Assembly (NCBI GenBank): GCA_038883795.1 | Contig: JAVZLK010000004.1 | Coordinates: 14,496 to 78,495, forward strand | Length of the DNA stretch: 64,000 nucleotides | Source: Candidatus Bathyarchaeia archaeon | Lineage (GTDB): Archaea; Thermoproteota; Bathyarchaeia; Bathyarchaeales; Bathycorpusculaceae | Direction: 5' to 3' | Part shown: positions 26,311-36,173 of the stretch, piece by piece | Layout of the letters: the number at the start of each line of letters is the position of its first letter | Position numbering within the stretch: position 1 is the stretch's first letter | Made by a program: the position numbers and the translations under genes | Notes under the pieces: generated by a model | Told to the model about the DNA's origin: nothing | The model's input: only the letters and a program-made list of their open reading frames with translations | Databases searched by the model: none

Positions 26311-26640
26311 ATGAAAGAGGATTTTTCTAAGCTAATTTCTATAAAGAAGTGTCCAATTTGTGGAGGAGAACTCGAGAGAGGATATATATTTTCATCTTCT
26401 ACCATTCGCTGGGATTTGGAGAAGCCTAAATTTTCATGGGTTTGGACGTTTAGAGATATTGTACCTTTTTGGAATGCTCCAGCCTTAAGATGCGAACAAT
26501 GTGAAATTGTAATTTTCGATTGGGAAGAATATGTGAGTTCAACAACGCCAAAGAGCTTTATGAAGAAATGCGTAAAATGCGGCAAGGAAATCCCAATAGC
26601 TGAACTACAATGTCCATACTGCGGTTCCAAGCAAAATTGA
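26311..26640 (+). CDS. Zinc-ribbon protein, hypothetical
   Basis: CPICGG..CEQCE and CVKCG..CPYCG pairs. GGAGG lies upstream of the ATG. Confidence 0.45.
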   Translation: MKEDFSKLISIKKCPICGGELERGYIFSSSTIRWDLEKPKFSWVWTFRDIVPFWNAPALRCEQCEIVIFDWEEYVSSTTPKSFMKKCVKCGKEIPIAELQCPYCGSKQN

Positions 26641-26696
26641 CAATATTCACGCATTGCATCCTTCTTTAGCGACCAAAAACGTTAAGCAAGAAAAGC

Positions 26697-27029
26697 TTAT
26701 GTCTTATTGATTTTTGCTTCTTTTCTGATCATCGAGACTTGCGTGGACATAAGCGGCGTTGGCATACTTGCCACTATGGGACGTTTTTGTATATGCTTAT
26801 ATCCACATTCACATTTGAAGCCAATTATTTCGCCTCCACGTTTTATTATTTGCCACTTTCGTCCATTACAGCTGATGTCTTGTTTGTGAATTTTCCACAG
26901 AAGTCTTGCTTCATATGGCGTGAGAGGGGCATAATGTTTTGCTGATGTGAAATACCATGTTGCATAAACTACAAATATTGTCCACAAGGTGAAGGCAAGT
27001 ATTTCTAGTGGTTCGAACATTTTTCTCAC
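26697..27029 (-). CDS. Small membrane protein with Cys/His cluster, hypothetical
   Basis: One N-terminal TM helix, then CNGRKW..FKCECGYKH. Confidence 0.4.
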   Translation of the reverse strand: MRKMFEPLEILAFTLWTIFVVYATWYFTSAKHYAPLTPYEARLLWKIHKQDISCNGRKWQIIKRGGEIIGFKCECGYKHIQKRPIVASMPTPLMSTQVSMIRKEAKINKT

Positions 27030-27145
27030 GTGTTTTTGTGTTCTACATATATACGATATGTCCTTTGTTTGACATATCTAAGTTGAGAATATTATCTCTT
27101 ACGATATAAGCATTATGTAAGATTCCGAATACTAAACCCTAAAAC

Positions 27146-27619
27146 CTAAAACTGTTGAAGAACATCTCGCTTCTCCATAATATACCCACAATAATGACAC
27201 TTCAAAATAAGCGGCTCTTCACTTTCAACATAAAATTTAGCCACAACAGGTTCATTACTATTGCTTATACAAGCAGGATTAGCACATTTAATAATGTCCT
27301 CAATAACCTTTGGCAACTGAACCCTTTGTTTAGCCACAACATTATAATCACGGATAATGTTAATTGTGGCGTGGGGCGCCAACAAGGCAATTTTATGCAC
27401 TTCTTGGGGGTTTAATTCCCTGCCCTCAATCTTGACAATATCCTTAACTTTAAAACGCTTACTTGGAACATTAATGGCAATTGTAATAATGCCCTTCTCT
27501 CTTCCAGTTATTCCCAAAATTCTAGCCACATCTAAGGCGTGACCGCCAGTTATATGGTCAATAACAGTGCCATCCTTAATTTTTGAAACGTGCAGCATCG
27601 TATCGCTCATGCGTACCAT
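27146..27619 (-). CDS. pyrI: Aspartate carbamoyltransferase regulatory subunit
   Basis: KIKDGTVIDHI N-domain and the zinc domain CANPACISN..CHYCG. Confidence 0.9.
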   Translation of the reverse strand: MVRMSDTMLHVSKIKDGTVIDHITGGHALDVARILGITGREKGIITIAINVPSKRFKVKDIVKIEGRELNPQEVHKIALLAPHATINIIRDYNVVAKQRVQLPKVIEDIIKCANPACISNSNEPVVAKFYVESEEPLILKCHYCGYIMEKRDVLQQF

Positions 27620-27704
27620 CTCTCTGTGAAGAGGCTATAATCTAAACAAGCATAAAAGATTTTAACTGTTCTGGCAGTGGTTGCTGATAAAAGTTATTTA
27701 GTAG

Positions 27705-28652
<948 letters not shown>

Positions 28653-28661
28653 CATTCGAAA

Positions 28662-30875
28662 TTAGACTGATGCAAAACGGTCAAAGGACGTCAGTGTGTC
28701 TATTGCTCCACATGATGGGCATTTATGCAAAAGTCCGAACCAGCTTCTTTTGCAGTTGAAGCAATAAGTCAGTTTGCAGTCATAAGTGAAAAATTCAATG
28801 CTGTAACCCTCGAAAATTTGTTTGGTTAAAGCCATAAGCTCTTCAGGTTTATGTTCAGCATCTCCAAGCTCTATTATCGTTAAGCTTCCACCAGAATAAA
28901 GCCTCTGCATTTCCTGTTCAAATCTTAAGGCTTCTGGACTAATTTTTCCATCACTTAATGTTAGTTTGCTGACTGTTGAATAGTATGGTTTTTCCCTTGT
29001 TCCCGAGAATCGAATTTTCGCTACGCCGAATCTTTCAATGTCTAATCTTGCCAACCTTTCGGAAGCTTCAAAATCGGGTAATTTCGCTGGGACTAAGTTT
29101 TTTTCGCGTCTTCTGTCAATTTTGTGTGTATAATCCAAAATGTTTTGCATAATTTCTCTGGTAAAATCAAATGTTCTTTCATCTTCGCCAACATTTTTTC
29201 GGCAAAAGGCTTCGATTGTTTCTTTTAATCCTGCCAAATTTATTATGCAAGAACAGTTCTCATTTCTAAAATATCGGTCACCATTAATGTTTTGCAGTAG
29301 AAATGGAAGCAAACCTTTACCATGCTGTTTAATGGATTTATGCTTGATTTCTAAAGCCCGCGATGCCAAATCAAGCCTCTCTTTTAACGTCTGAAAGAAT
29401 TTTGCCTTATCCCCTTCGCTTTCATATGCAATGCGTGGCAAATTAAGAGTTACATGGGCTAATTTTCCCGTGCGCAAAGTATCTATTTCCCAATCCCCAT
29501 CCAAACTCGCCCCTAGCCTAAATCCAGAGGCGGAGAAAACACTTTGCCTTTCCTCTTCTTTTAGGAGATTAGCAAAATAGGGTATTCCCCTTTCTGAAGC
29601 CAGTTGATGCGCCTTAAAAATTATGGCCTCCGCTTTCTCGTCTGCGAAGGCTTCTGGGCGTATTTTCAGAATAAGTTTTGGATTAAGTAAGGGCTTACTT
29701 GCGCTTTCTTCAATAAATATGTCGAGGAGAAGGGAAGCCAAATTTTGACTTTCCTCAAAGAAATCTCGATAATTACCCGCTAATTTTCCAGAGACTCCCA
29801 CAGCTGGCTTGTTTGCAATAAAACCTGGAAGCGTCGGCTCAAGGCTTATGGAAACGTTCGCATGCTGATTTAGATTAATAATGAATAAGCGTAAAGCTTC
29901 CTTAACCTCTGAAGCGCCTAAGCCTTTTACAAAGGGAGCGAGAAAAACATTAAAATACTCAAGGGTTTGCGTTTCGCATATTTCCTTGGACGAATGCAAA
30001 AGAACATTAAAAATGAGGGAAAGGGCTGTTTCCAAATTTTTAGGAGGAGGGAAAGAAAATTGAGAAGCATTTATTTTCTCTAATTTCAAGCCATTCTGGA
30101 AGAAAAATCTCAAATCATGCACAATCTCGCTTGGCTTCAAAATCCAAGAACCAAGCCCACTTATGTGCATTGAACCGGACAAGTGGGCGTCTGCAATATC
30201 CCTTGGAAAAACGTTTAGAAGCGTAAACTCTTTTAAAACAATGTCGCCAGCCGTTTCATGAATGTAAACCGGCCACTGGGGAGTTTTACTTTTCAAGTCG
30301 ACAAGGGCTGCAACGTCATAGACTGGAAGCCCCAGCCTTGTGAGTTTGTGACGGTAATCTTCCAAGCCTTTTTCAATCAAAATTGCGTTTACAACCTCCC
30401 TCACAAGGGGCGCCGTCAAATACTTGGGCTTTGACTTAAGCAGCCTTTTTTCTGCTTCTTTGGCAACCTTTTGCGCCAAATCAGCAGGCATCTTCGTCTC
30501 TCTTATGAGCGAATTAGCTATTTTGCTAACATCAAACTCCTCAAGTGTGAATTTGGAAGTGCGGACAAGCATGCTTCTGGGCTTGAAGGCTCTCTTTTCA
30601 ATTCGCTCCGCCACCTCAATAACCATCTCGCCCAAATCCGTTAAACAATACTTTTTTGCTTCCACGTCTGCCTCAATCAAATCCGCCTTCAACAAAAACT
30701 TCAAGTGATAAGCAAACCTTCCAGCATCCCTTGTGGGGTTCATCTTCAAAGAACCCATCAACTCAGTATAGGAAAGGGGACCCCTATCAAAAAGCAAATT
30801 CAAAATCTGTAGCCTAACTGGTGAAGAAACAGCTTTGAGTATCCTAACTCCCCGCACACGATGTGGAACAGACAA
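28662..30875 (-). CDS. Class III (anaerobic) ribonucleotide reductase NrdD-like protein with N-terminal wHTH and ATP-cone; C-terminus lacks a recognisable glycyl-radical motif
   Basis: ArsR-like wHTH SSPVRLQILNLL..LSYTEL. ATP-cone-like LEEFDVSKIANSL. NrdD-like blocks HISGLG, VTLNLPRIA, PYYSTVS. Zinc ribbon CFNC..CPSCG. Ends ..SFDRFASV* where RxxGY is expected. Confidence 0.65.
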   Translation of the reverse strand: MSVPHRVRGVRILKAVSSPVRLQILNLLFDRGPLSYTELMGSLKMNPTRDAGRFAYHLKFLLKADLIEADVEAKKYCLTDLGEMVIEVAERIEKRAFKPRSMLVRTSKFTLEEFDVSKIANSLIRETKMPADLAQKVAKEAEKRLLKSKPKYLTAPLVREVVNAILIEKGLEDYRHKLTRLGLPVYDVAALVDLKSKTPQWPVYIHETAGDIVLKEFTLLNVFPRDIADAHLSGSMHISGLGSWILKPSEIVHDLRFFFQNGLKLEKINASQFSFPPPKNLETALSLIFNVLLHSSKEICETQTLEYFNVFLAPFVKGLGASEVKEALRLFIINLNQHANVSISLEPTLPGFIANKPAVGVSGKLAGNYRDFFEESQNLASLLLDIFIEESASKPLLNPKLILKIRPEAFADEKAEAIIFKAHQLASERGIPYFANLLKEEERQSVFSASGFRLGASLDGDWEIDTLRTGKLAHVTLNLPRIAYESEGDKAKFFQTLKERLDLASRALEIKHKSIKQHGKGLLPFLLQNINGDRYFRNENCSCIINLAGLKETIEAFCRKNVGEDERTFDFTREIMQNILDYTHKIDRRREKNLVPAKLPDFEASERLARLDIERFGVAKIRFSGTREKPYYSTVSKLTLSDGKISPEALRFEQEMQRLYSGGSLTIIELGDAEHKPEELMALTKQIFEGYSIEFFTYDCKLTYCFNCKRSWFGLLHKCPSCGAIDTLTSFDRFASV

Positions 30876-30980
30876 AGGCTCAGCCTCCAGCCCGGTAAAG
30901 GCAATTAGCGAAATAAGGGTTTAAAAGGTAAGAACACTTTATCCTTATATGCTTTTCAATCACTAAAAATCTTAAAGAGG

Positions 30981-31058
30981 GGGGCTGTCGGCTAGCTTGG
31001 TCTAGGCTTGGAGACTCGGGCTCTCTAGACCCCGGTTCAAATCCGGGCAGCCCCACCA
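30981..31058 (+). tRNA. tRNA-Pro (anticodon CGG), CCA encoded
   Basis: Acceptor GGGGCTG/CAGCCCC, anticodon loop CTCGGGC, T arm CCCGG-TTCAAAT-CCGGG, 3' ACCA. Confidence 0.88.
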
Positions 31059-31068
31059 AGCTTTGAGT

Positions 31069-33021
31069 TTAAACCTCTGAAAGAGGGAGCAAGGTCAAAA
31101 TTCTGAAGGCTGTTCCTCCAAATAGGATGGCGAAGGTTATCTCGAAAATTGTTATGTATACTGCTTTTTTCCATCCGAACTCTTTGGTTAAGGCTGCAAT
31201 TGTTGATATGCATGGTATGTAAAACATGGCTACCAGTGTGAAAACAACCATTTGGACGGGTCCGAATCCTGGAATTTCTGCGAAATTTGTTGTTCCAAAA
31301 AGCGTTGCAAGCATGATTAACGTTAATTCTTTCCTTAAAACGCCAAAAATTAATGTTATTCCCGTAATTGCGGGCAGTCCAAGCCATGCGACTGTTATGG
31401 GGCTTAACAAGTTTGCGATTGGCTCAAGTAAACCCAATATTTCGATAAGTTTTATGGTGATGCTTCCAACAATTATTATTGGAAAAGCTATTTTTATGAA
31501 CTCAGCCAGCCTAAACCATGCTTGCTTTAAAATTGTCTTTAAATGGGGCAGTCGGTAATCAGACATTTCCATAATTAGGGCTGTGGGTTCGCCTGGCAAT
31601 GCTTTAAATGCGAGTCTTCCAAGGATGAAGATTATGGCTAGGTTGAAAATGTAAAGGGCTAATGCGTATTGAACTCCTAAATATGTGCCAACTAAACCGA
31701 GGATTATGACTGTGCGGGCTGCGCATGGAACAAGCGTTGTTACAAAGGCTGCGAGAAGTCTTTCCCTTTGGGTTTCCATTATTCTACATCCCAAACAGGC
31801 GGGAACGTTGCATCCATAACCGAGAATTAGCGGGATGAAGGCTTTTCCATGCAGTCCCATTTTGTGCATTATGTTGTCCATTAAGAAGGCGATTCGGCTC
31901 AGGTAGCCCGAATCTTCAAGGAAGTATAGTATAATGTAAAATGGGACTATGTAGGGCAGTGCTATTGTGACGCCAGCAAGGATGCCTTCCAAAGCGCTCC
32001 AAACTATTTTCCCAAAAATTTCTGTTCCAAAAAAGCTTTCAAAAGCGGGTCTCCAGTTGTAAAATAAATTGTTTAATGCATCTGAGGTGTATCCTCCGAA
32101 GGTGAAAATTGAATAGAATATTAAGAGCAGCGAGAAAGCCATTATTGGGTATCCCATGACCTTATGGGTTGTAATGTTGTGAAGTTGCTCCCCAAACTTT
32201 GGCTTTATTGGAGAAACCAGTTTTTGGGCTTCTCTGGCGATGCAGCCAGCAATTTCGTAACGCTCCGAAGTTATCACCGTTGAGCAAGAATGTCCATGAA
32301 GCTTTTCGATTTCTTTTGCAAGTTTTTTGGCTGCAGAAACTATTTTTGGATTAACTTTCGCGACTTCCCTCTCTATTTCTTCGTCTCCTTCCAGCAATTT
32401 GATTGCTACATATCTTGGCGGATACCAAAATTGGATGGGTTCAACCATTTTTGTGAGTTCGGCTATTTTCTTTTCAACCTCTTCCCCAAACCTCACTGGA
32501 ACACGATTTGCCGCTAATCCTTTTTCAGCCACTTCTATTGCTTTTTCTAAAAGTTGAAAGACGCCAACCCCTTTTATGGCAACGGTTGGGATGACTGGTA
32601 TTCCTAAAAGCTTCTCCAGTTTTTCCACATCTATTTGAATTCCTTTTCTCTTTGCCATATCCATTTGATTTAATGCTATAACCATAGGGGTTTCCAATTC
32701 CATAAGCTGCAGCGTAAAGTAGAGGTTTCTTTCAAGAACCGAAGCATCCACAACATTTATTACAACATCTGGTTTTTCCACAGCAATATATTTTCTTGAA
32801 ATCAACTCTTCTAGGGAATAGGTTGAAAGCGAATAAATTCCGGGCAAATCAATAATGTCTATAGTGTAGCCCTTAAAGTGAAGCGTGCCCTCCGCTTTTT
32901 CAACAGTTTTTCCAGGCCAATTGCCAATATGCTGATGCAAACCAGTTAGGTAGTTGAATATGACGGATTTTCCAACATTGGCGTTTCCAGCCAAAGCAAT
33001 GAGCAGTTTCTTCTTAGCCAT
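31069..33021 (-). CDS. feoB: Ferrous iron transporter FeoB
   Basis: N-terminal G domain GNANVGKS, DLPG, NQMD, followed by a polytopic membrane domain. Confidence 0.92.
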   Translation of the reverse strand: MAKKKLLIALAGNANVGKSVIFNYLTGLHQHIGNWPGKTVEKAEGTLHFKGYTIDIIDLPGIYSLSTYSLEELISRKYIAVEKPDVVINVVDASVLERNLYFTLQLMELETPMVIALNQMDMAKRKGIQIDVEKLEKLLGIPVIPTVAIKGVGVFQLLEKAIEVAEKGLAANRVPVRFGEEVEKKIAELTKMVEPIQFWYPPRYVAIKLLEGDEEIEREVAKVNPKIVSAAKKLAKEIEKLHGHSCSTVITSERYEIAGCIAREAQKLVSPIKPKFGEQLHNITTHKVMGYPIMAFSLLLIFYSIFTFGGYTSDALNNLFYNWRPAFESFFGTEIFGKIVWSALEGILAGVTIALPYIVPFYIILYFLEDSGYLSRIAFLMDNIMHKMGLHGKAFIPLILGYGCNVPACLGCRIMETQRERLLAAFVTTLVPCAARTVIILGLVGTYLGVQYALALYIFNLAIIFILGRLAFKALPGEPTALIMEMSDYRLPHLKTILKQAWFRLAEFIKIAFPIIIVGSITIKLIEILGLLEPIANLLSPITVAWLGLPAITGITLIFGVLRKELTLIMLATLFGTTNFAEIPGFGPVQMVVFTLVAMFYIPCISTIAALTKEFGWKKAVYITIFEITFAILFGGTAFRILTLLPLSEV

Positions 33022-33315
33022 TTACCGTTCTATCTCCACGAGAATTTTCTCTGCCATGCCTCTGCCAATGGCAAGCCTTGAGCCTCTCACAAGAATTTCT
33101 AACGGTCCATGGAAAGGGGCTGATTTTACTACGGTTACTTTTGTGCCCGGAGTTAAACCCATGTCCATGAGTCGCTTTTCAAATCCCCATCTTCCACGTC
33201 CTCTTCCCCTTCCTCTGCCGTGTCCTGCCTTTACAGAAGTAACTATTCCAGTCTCTCCATCCTTCAGTGCGGTCAATGGAACTTCCCGTTTTTCCATAAA
33301 ATCACAACCTTTCAT
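33022..33315 (-). CDS. feoA: FeoA-family protein with a (GR)5 insertion
   Basis: SH3-like FeoA pattern (LKDGETGIVTSV..RLMDMGLTPG..LAIGRGMAEKILV), interrupted by GHGRGRGRGRGRWG. Abuts the feoB start with no gap. Confidence 0.8.
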   Translation of the reverse strand: MKGCDFMEKREVPLTALKDGETGIVTSVKAGHGRGRGRGRGRWGFEKRLMDMGLTPGTKVTVVKSAPFHGPLEILVRGSRLAIGRGMAEKILVEIER

Positions 33316-33983
33316 TTTAACTGTTTAACTTGGATGACCGAGGCGACTTGACGACTTATTGCATGGCGATTTGAACCCACCTTTACGGTGATTGGGCCAC
33401 TCATGGGAGCTTTATCCAAAATCTCTATGGAGGCTCCGGGCACAAGACCCAGCTTACCCAAATATTGAAGCAATTCCACATGTTCTTCTGTTATTTTCAC
33501 TATCGTTCCTTTCCTTCCTGTGGCAAAATCGGTTAGAGGCAGCGATTTTTCTTCTATTATTCCACCGCATGCTGTGGGTATGGGGTTTCCGTGGGGACAG
33601 GTTTTTGGATGTTTAAGCGCTTTCTCTAAAGGTTTGATTATTTCCTTTGTTATGCCATGTTCCAACTTGCAAGCTGCATCGTGAACCTTCTCCCATTCTA
33701 TATGGAGGATGTCCACAAGCAAACGTTCCGATAAGCGATGCCTTCTTATAACTTGTAAGGCTATTTTTCTACCCTTTTCCGTAAGCTTAACGCCTTTGTA
33801 AGGTGAATGCGTCAAAAATCCTTCCTTTTCGAGGCGTTCCACAGTGTTTGTAACTGTTCCAGGCACAACCCCAAGCATTTTAACGATATCACTGGTTCTG
33901 GCGGCTCCGCTCTTTTCCTCCAGCCTATAAATACATTCGAGATATTCTTCTGTGGCTGCTGTGATTTCTTCGTTTTCAGACAT
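33312..33983 (-). CDS. DtxR/IdeR-family metal-dependent repressor with C-terminal FeoA/SH3-like domain
   Basis: EEYLECIYRL..ARTSDIVKMLGVVPGTVTNTVERLEKEG HTH, and the metal-site region RHRLSERLL..H. Likely start is MSENEE (ATG at 33981-33983). ATGA overlap with feoA. Confidence 0.85.
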   Translation of the reverse strand: MSENEEITAATEEYLECIYRLEEKSGAARTSDIVKMLGVVPGTVTNTVERLEKEGFLTHSPYKGVKLTEKGRKIALQVIRRHRLSERLLVDILHIEWEKVHDAACKLEHGITKEIIKPLEKALKHPKTCPHGNPIPTACGGIIEEKSLPLTDFATGRKGTIVKITEEHVELLQYLGKLGLVPGASIEILDKAPMSGPITVKVGSNRHAISRQVASVIQVKQLK

Positions 33984-34089
33984 TTTACGAGCTCTCCAAA
34001 TTAAAATTACGAGAAGTCGTATTTTAACTTTCTCAAAGCATAAATCTTTTATGCGGTCGCCAAAAAACATTCAATTCGAGGAAAATTTT

Positions 34090-35067
34090 ATGTACGAACC
34101 CATTACTGCGCTTAAAGAAGTTGATGGTGTAGAAATAATAAGTTTGATGGACAACTCCCTAGATTTCCTATCCACGATAGAAAAGGCTGAGGTTCGACAA
34201 GTTCGCGATTGGATAAGAGAAAGAAAAGGAGAAAAATGGGTGAGAGCACATTTTCGCTTACCCATAGCCGAGCATGGACTTTCTTTTTTGATTCGCATCT
34301 TCCAGGGCAGAAACGTTCACACACTACTGTTTGACACAGGCAGAAGCCCAGAAGGTGTTATAACTAATGCTGAACGAATTGGTATAGACCTTTCTGAAAT
34401 AGAAGCCATAGTGATATCTCATGGTCACGATGACCATTTCGGCGGGTTGCTGACGGTTTTAAAGGCAGCTAAAAAGAGAGATTTGCCCATTATAGTGCAT
34501 GACGACATGTTCAAAACTAGGGGAACAGCCCAAAAAGATGGAACGATTAGGAAAGATACGCCCTTTCCATCAGAGGATATGGCGAAGCCAGCTAGATACG
34601 TTAAAACTAAAAAGCCTTACCTTATTGCTGATGGTGCTGTGCTTGTCACGGGCGAAATCCCATCTGAAACGGATTTTGAGAAAGGTTTACAACGATATAA
34701 GATTTTAATTGATGGAGAGTGGAAGCCTTATCCATGGATGTGGGATGACAGGGCAATTGCCATAAACATTAAACGGAAAGGGCTTGTAGTGCTATCTGGA
34801 TGTGCTCATGCTGGCATAATAAACACGATAAAACATGTGCAGCGTATAACTGGAGTTGAAAGAGTTCATGCGGTTATGGGAGGATTCCACTTAGCTGGGA
34901 AAGAATATGAGCCAAGAATAAACCAAACAGTTGAGAACCTAAAAAACATAAAGCCATATTTGATTGCGCCATCCCACTGCACGGGTTGGAGAGGAATCTA
35001 CGCCATAGCCCAAGCCATGCCAGAAGCCTTCGTCTGGAACAGTGTTGGAAACCTATACAAATTTTAA
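34090..35067 (+). CDS. Metallo-beta-lactamase-fold hydrolase
   Basis: HGHDDHFGG (HxHxDH). Likely start is MYEPITALK at 34090; the track start 33952 overlaps the dtxR 5' end. Confidence 0.75.
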   Translation: MYEPITALKEVDGVEIISLMDNSLDFLSTIEKAEVRQVRDWIRERKGEKWVRAHFRLPIAEHGLSFLIRIFQGRNVHTLLFDTGRSPEGVITNAERIGIDLSEIEAIVISHGHDDHFGGLLTVLKAAKKRDLPIIVHDDMFKTRGTAQKDGTIRKDTPFPSEDMAKPARYVKTKKPYLIADGAVLVTGEIPSETDFEKGLQRYKILIDGEWKPYPWMWDDRAIAINIKRKGLVVLSGCAHAGIINTIKHVQRITGVERVHAVMGGFHLAGKEYEPRINQTVENLKNIKPYLIAPSHCTGWRGIYAIAQAMPEAFVWNSVGNLYKF

Positions 35068-35106
35068 AGACAAGTTTTATAAGAGACAATGCCGTGAAAT
35101 AGCTGC

Positions 35107-35132
35107 ATTGTGCAAACCTGTTTTTGCACAAT
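35107..35132. repeat. Perfect 10-bp inverted repeat ATTGTGCAAA-N6-TTTGCACAAT
   Basis: Read directly. Lies between the MBL gene stop and the small zinc-ribbon ORF. Confidence 0.7.
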
Positions 35133-35158
35133 AAAAAGTTAAGGAGATGAAAGAGTAT

Positions 35159-35299
35159 ATGTCAGGAAGAGAAATGCATAAGGCAGTTTGTGCTGATTGT
35201 GGAAAGGAATGCGAAGTCCCCTTCGAGCCTGACCCAAATAGGCCAGTTTACTGCCGAGAATGCTGGTCAAAAAGAAGAAATCAAAGAAGGAGATATTAG
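35159..35299 (+). CDS. CxxC-x17-CxxC zinc-ribbon small protein (46 aa); not in the ORF track
   Basis: Own translation: MSGREMHKAVCADCGKECEVPFEPDPNRPVYCRECWSKRRNQRRRY*. Exactly 17 residues separate the two CxxC pairs. AAGGAG lies upstream. Confidence 0.6.
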   Translation: MSGREMHKAVCADCGKECEVPFEPDPNRPVYCRECWSKRRNQRRRY

Positions 35300-35441
35300 T
35301 CCTAGACTAAAATACTCTTCTTATTAACCATAATTTTCTAAATTTCTAGCTTTTTCCATGTAAGTTTTCAAATTAAACTCTGCGTTTGCTTGCATAACTT
35401 TTAAAAATAACTCATCAATTGTTAAGCTGGGTGCCACAAAA

Positions 35442-36173
35442 TTGAGTTTTGCAGTTGAAGCAAGGGACGTCGTTAAAGTCTTCGGCGCTATCCACGCACT
35501 GGATGGATTAACATTCCAAGTTAGACAAGGAGAAATTTTCGGTCTTATAGGTCCAAACGGGGCTGGAAAAACCACAGCCCTCCGCATAGTTTCAACTCTA
35601 TTATTGCCAACCTCTGGCACAGTTAAAGTTTTCAACTTAGACGTTGTTAACCAAGCAGATGAAGTTCGCAAGATAATAACCTATCTTCCAGAAGAGGCTG
35701 GAGCCTACCGATATCTCTCAGGTTGGGAGTATCTGGAGTTTATGGCGAAATTCAACGCCAAAGACAAGGATGACGCTAGCGCAATGGTTAATGAAGCGGC
35801 TCAAATATCTGGTTTGGGCGAGCGCCTTAAAGACAAGACTAAAACCTATAGTAAGGGGATGAAACGTCGGCTTTTAGTAGCAAGGGCGCTTATGCTTAAG
35901 CCTAAACTAGCAATTTTAGATGAACCCACAAGCGGTTTAGACGTTATCCACTCCTACCATGTTAGAGAAATAATAAGAAATTATGTTAGGAAACACGGCG
36001 TAACAGTGCTTCTTTCAAGCCACAACATGCTGGAAGTGGAACACCTATGCGACAGAGTAGCCCTAATCAACAAGGGCAAACTCGTGGCCGAAGGAACCTC
36101 CCAAGAGCTTAAGGAACAGTTCGGATGCATAAATTTGGAAGAGGTTTTCGCAAAGGTGGTTAAAATTGCTTAA
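35442..36173 (+). CDS. ABC transporter ATP-binding protein
   Basis: GPNGAGKTT, signature-like YSKGMKRRL, Walker B LAILDEPTSGLD. Confidence 0.9.
   Translation: MSFAVEARDVVKVFGAIHALDGLTFQVRQGEIFGLIGPNGAGKTTALRIVSTLLLPTSGTVKVFNLDVVNQADEVRKIITYLPEEAGAYRYLSGWEYLEFMAKFNAKDKDDASAMVNEAAQISGLGERLKDKTKTYSKGMKRRLLVARALMLKPKLAILDEPTSGLDVIHSYHVREIIRNYVRKHGVTVLLSSHNMLEVEHLCDRVALINKGKLVAEGTSQELKEQFGCINLEEVFAKVVKIA

Noticed and set aside
31037-31387. 116-aa minus-strand ORF overlapping the tRNA-Pro 3' end and the feoB 3' end.
   Set aside because: It is an alternate frame of the well-supported feoB gene and overlaps a tRNA.
33190-33230. Possible DNA microsatellite under the FeoA GRGRGRGRGR stretch.
   Set aside because: The nucleotide sequence uses mixed Gly/Arg codons and is not a perfect tandem repeat. 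It is reported only as a protein-level feature.
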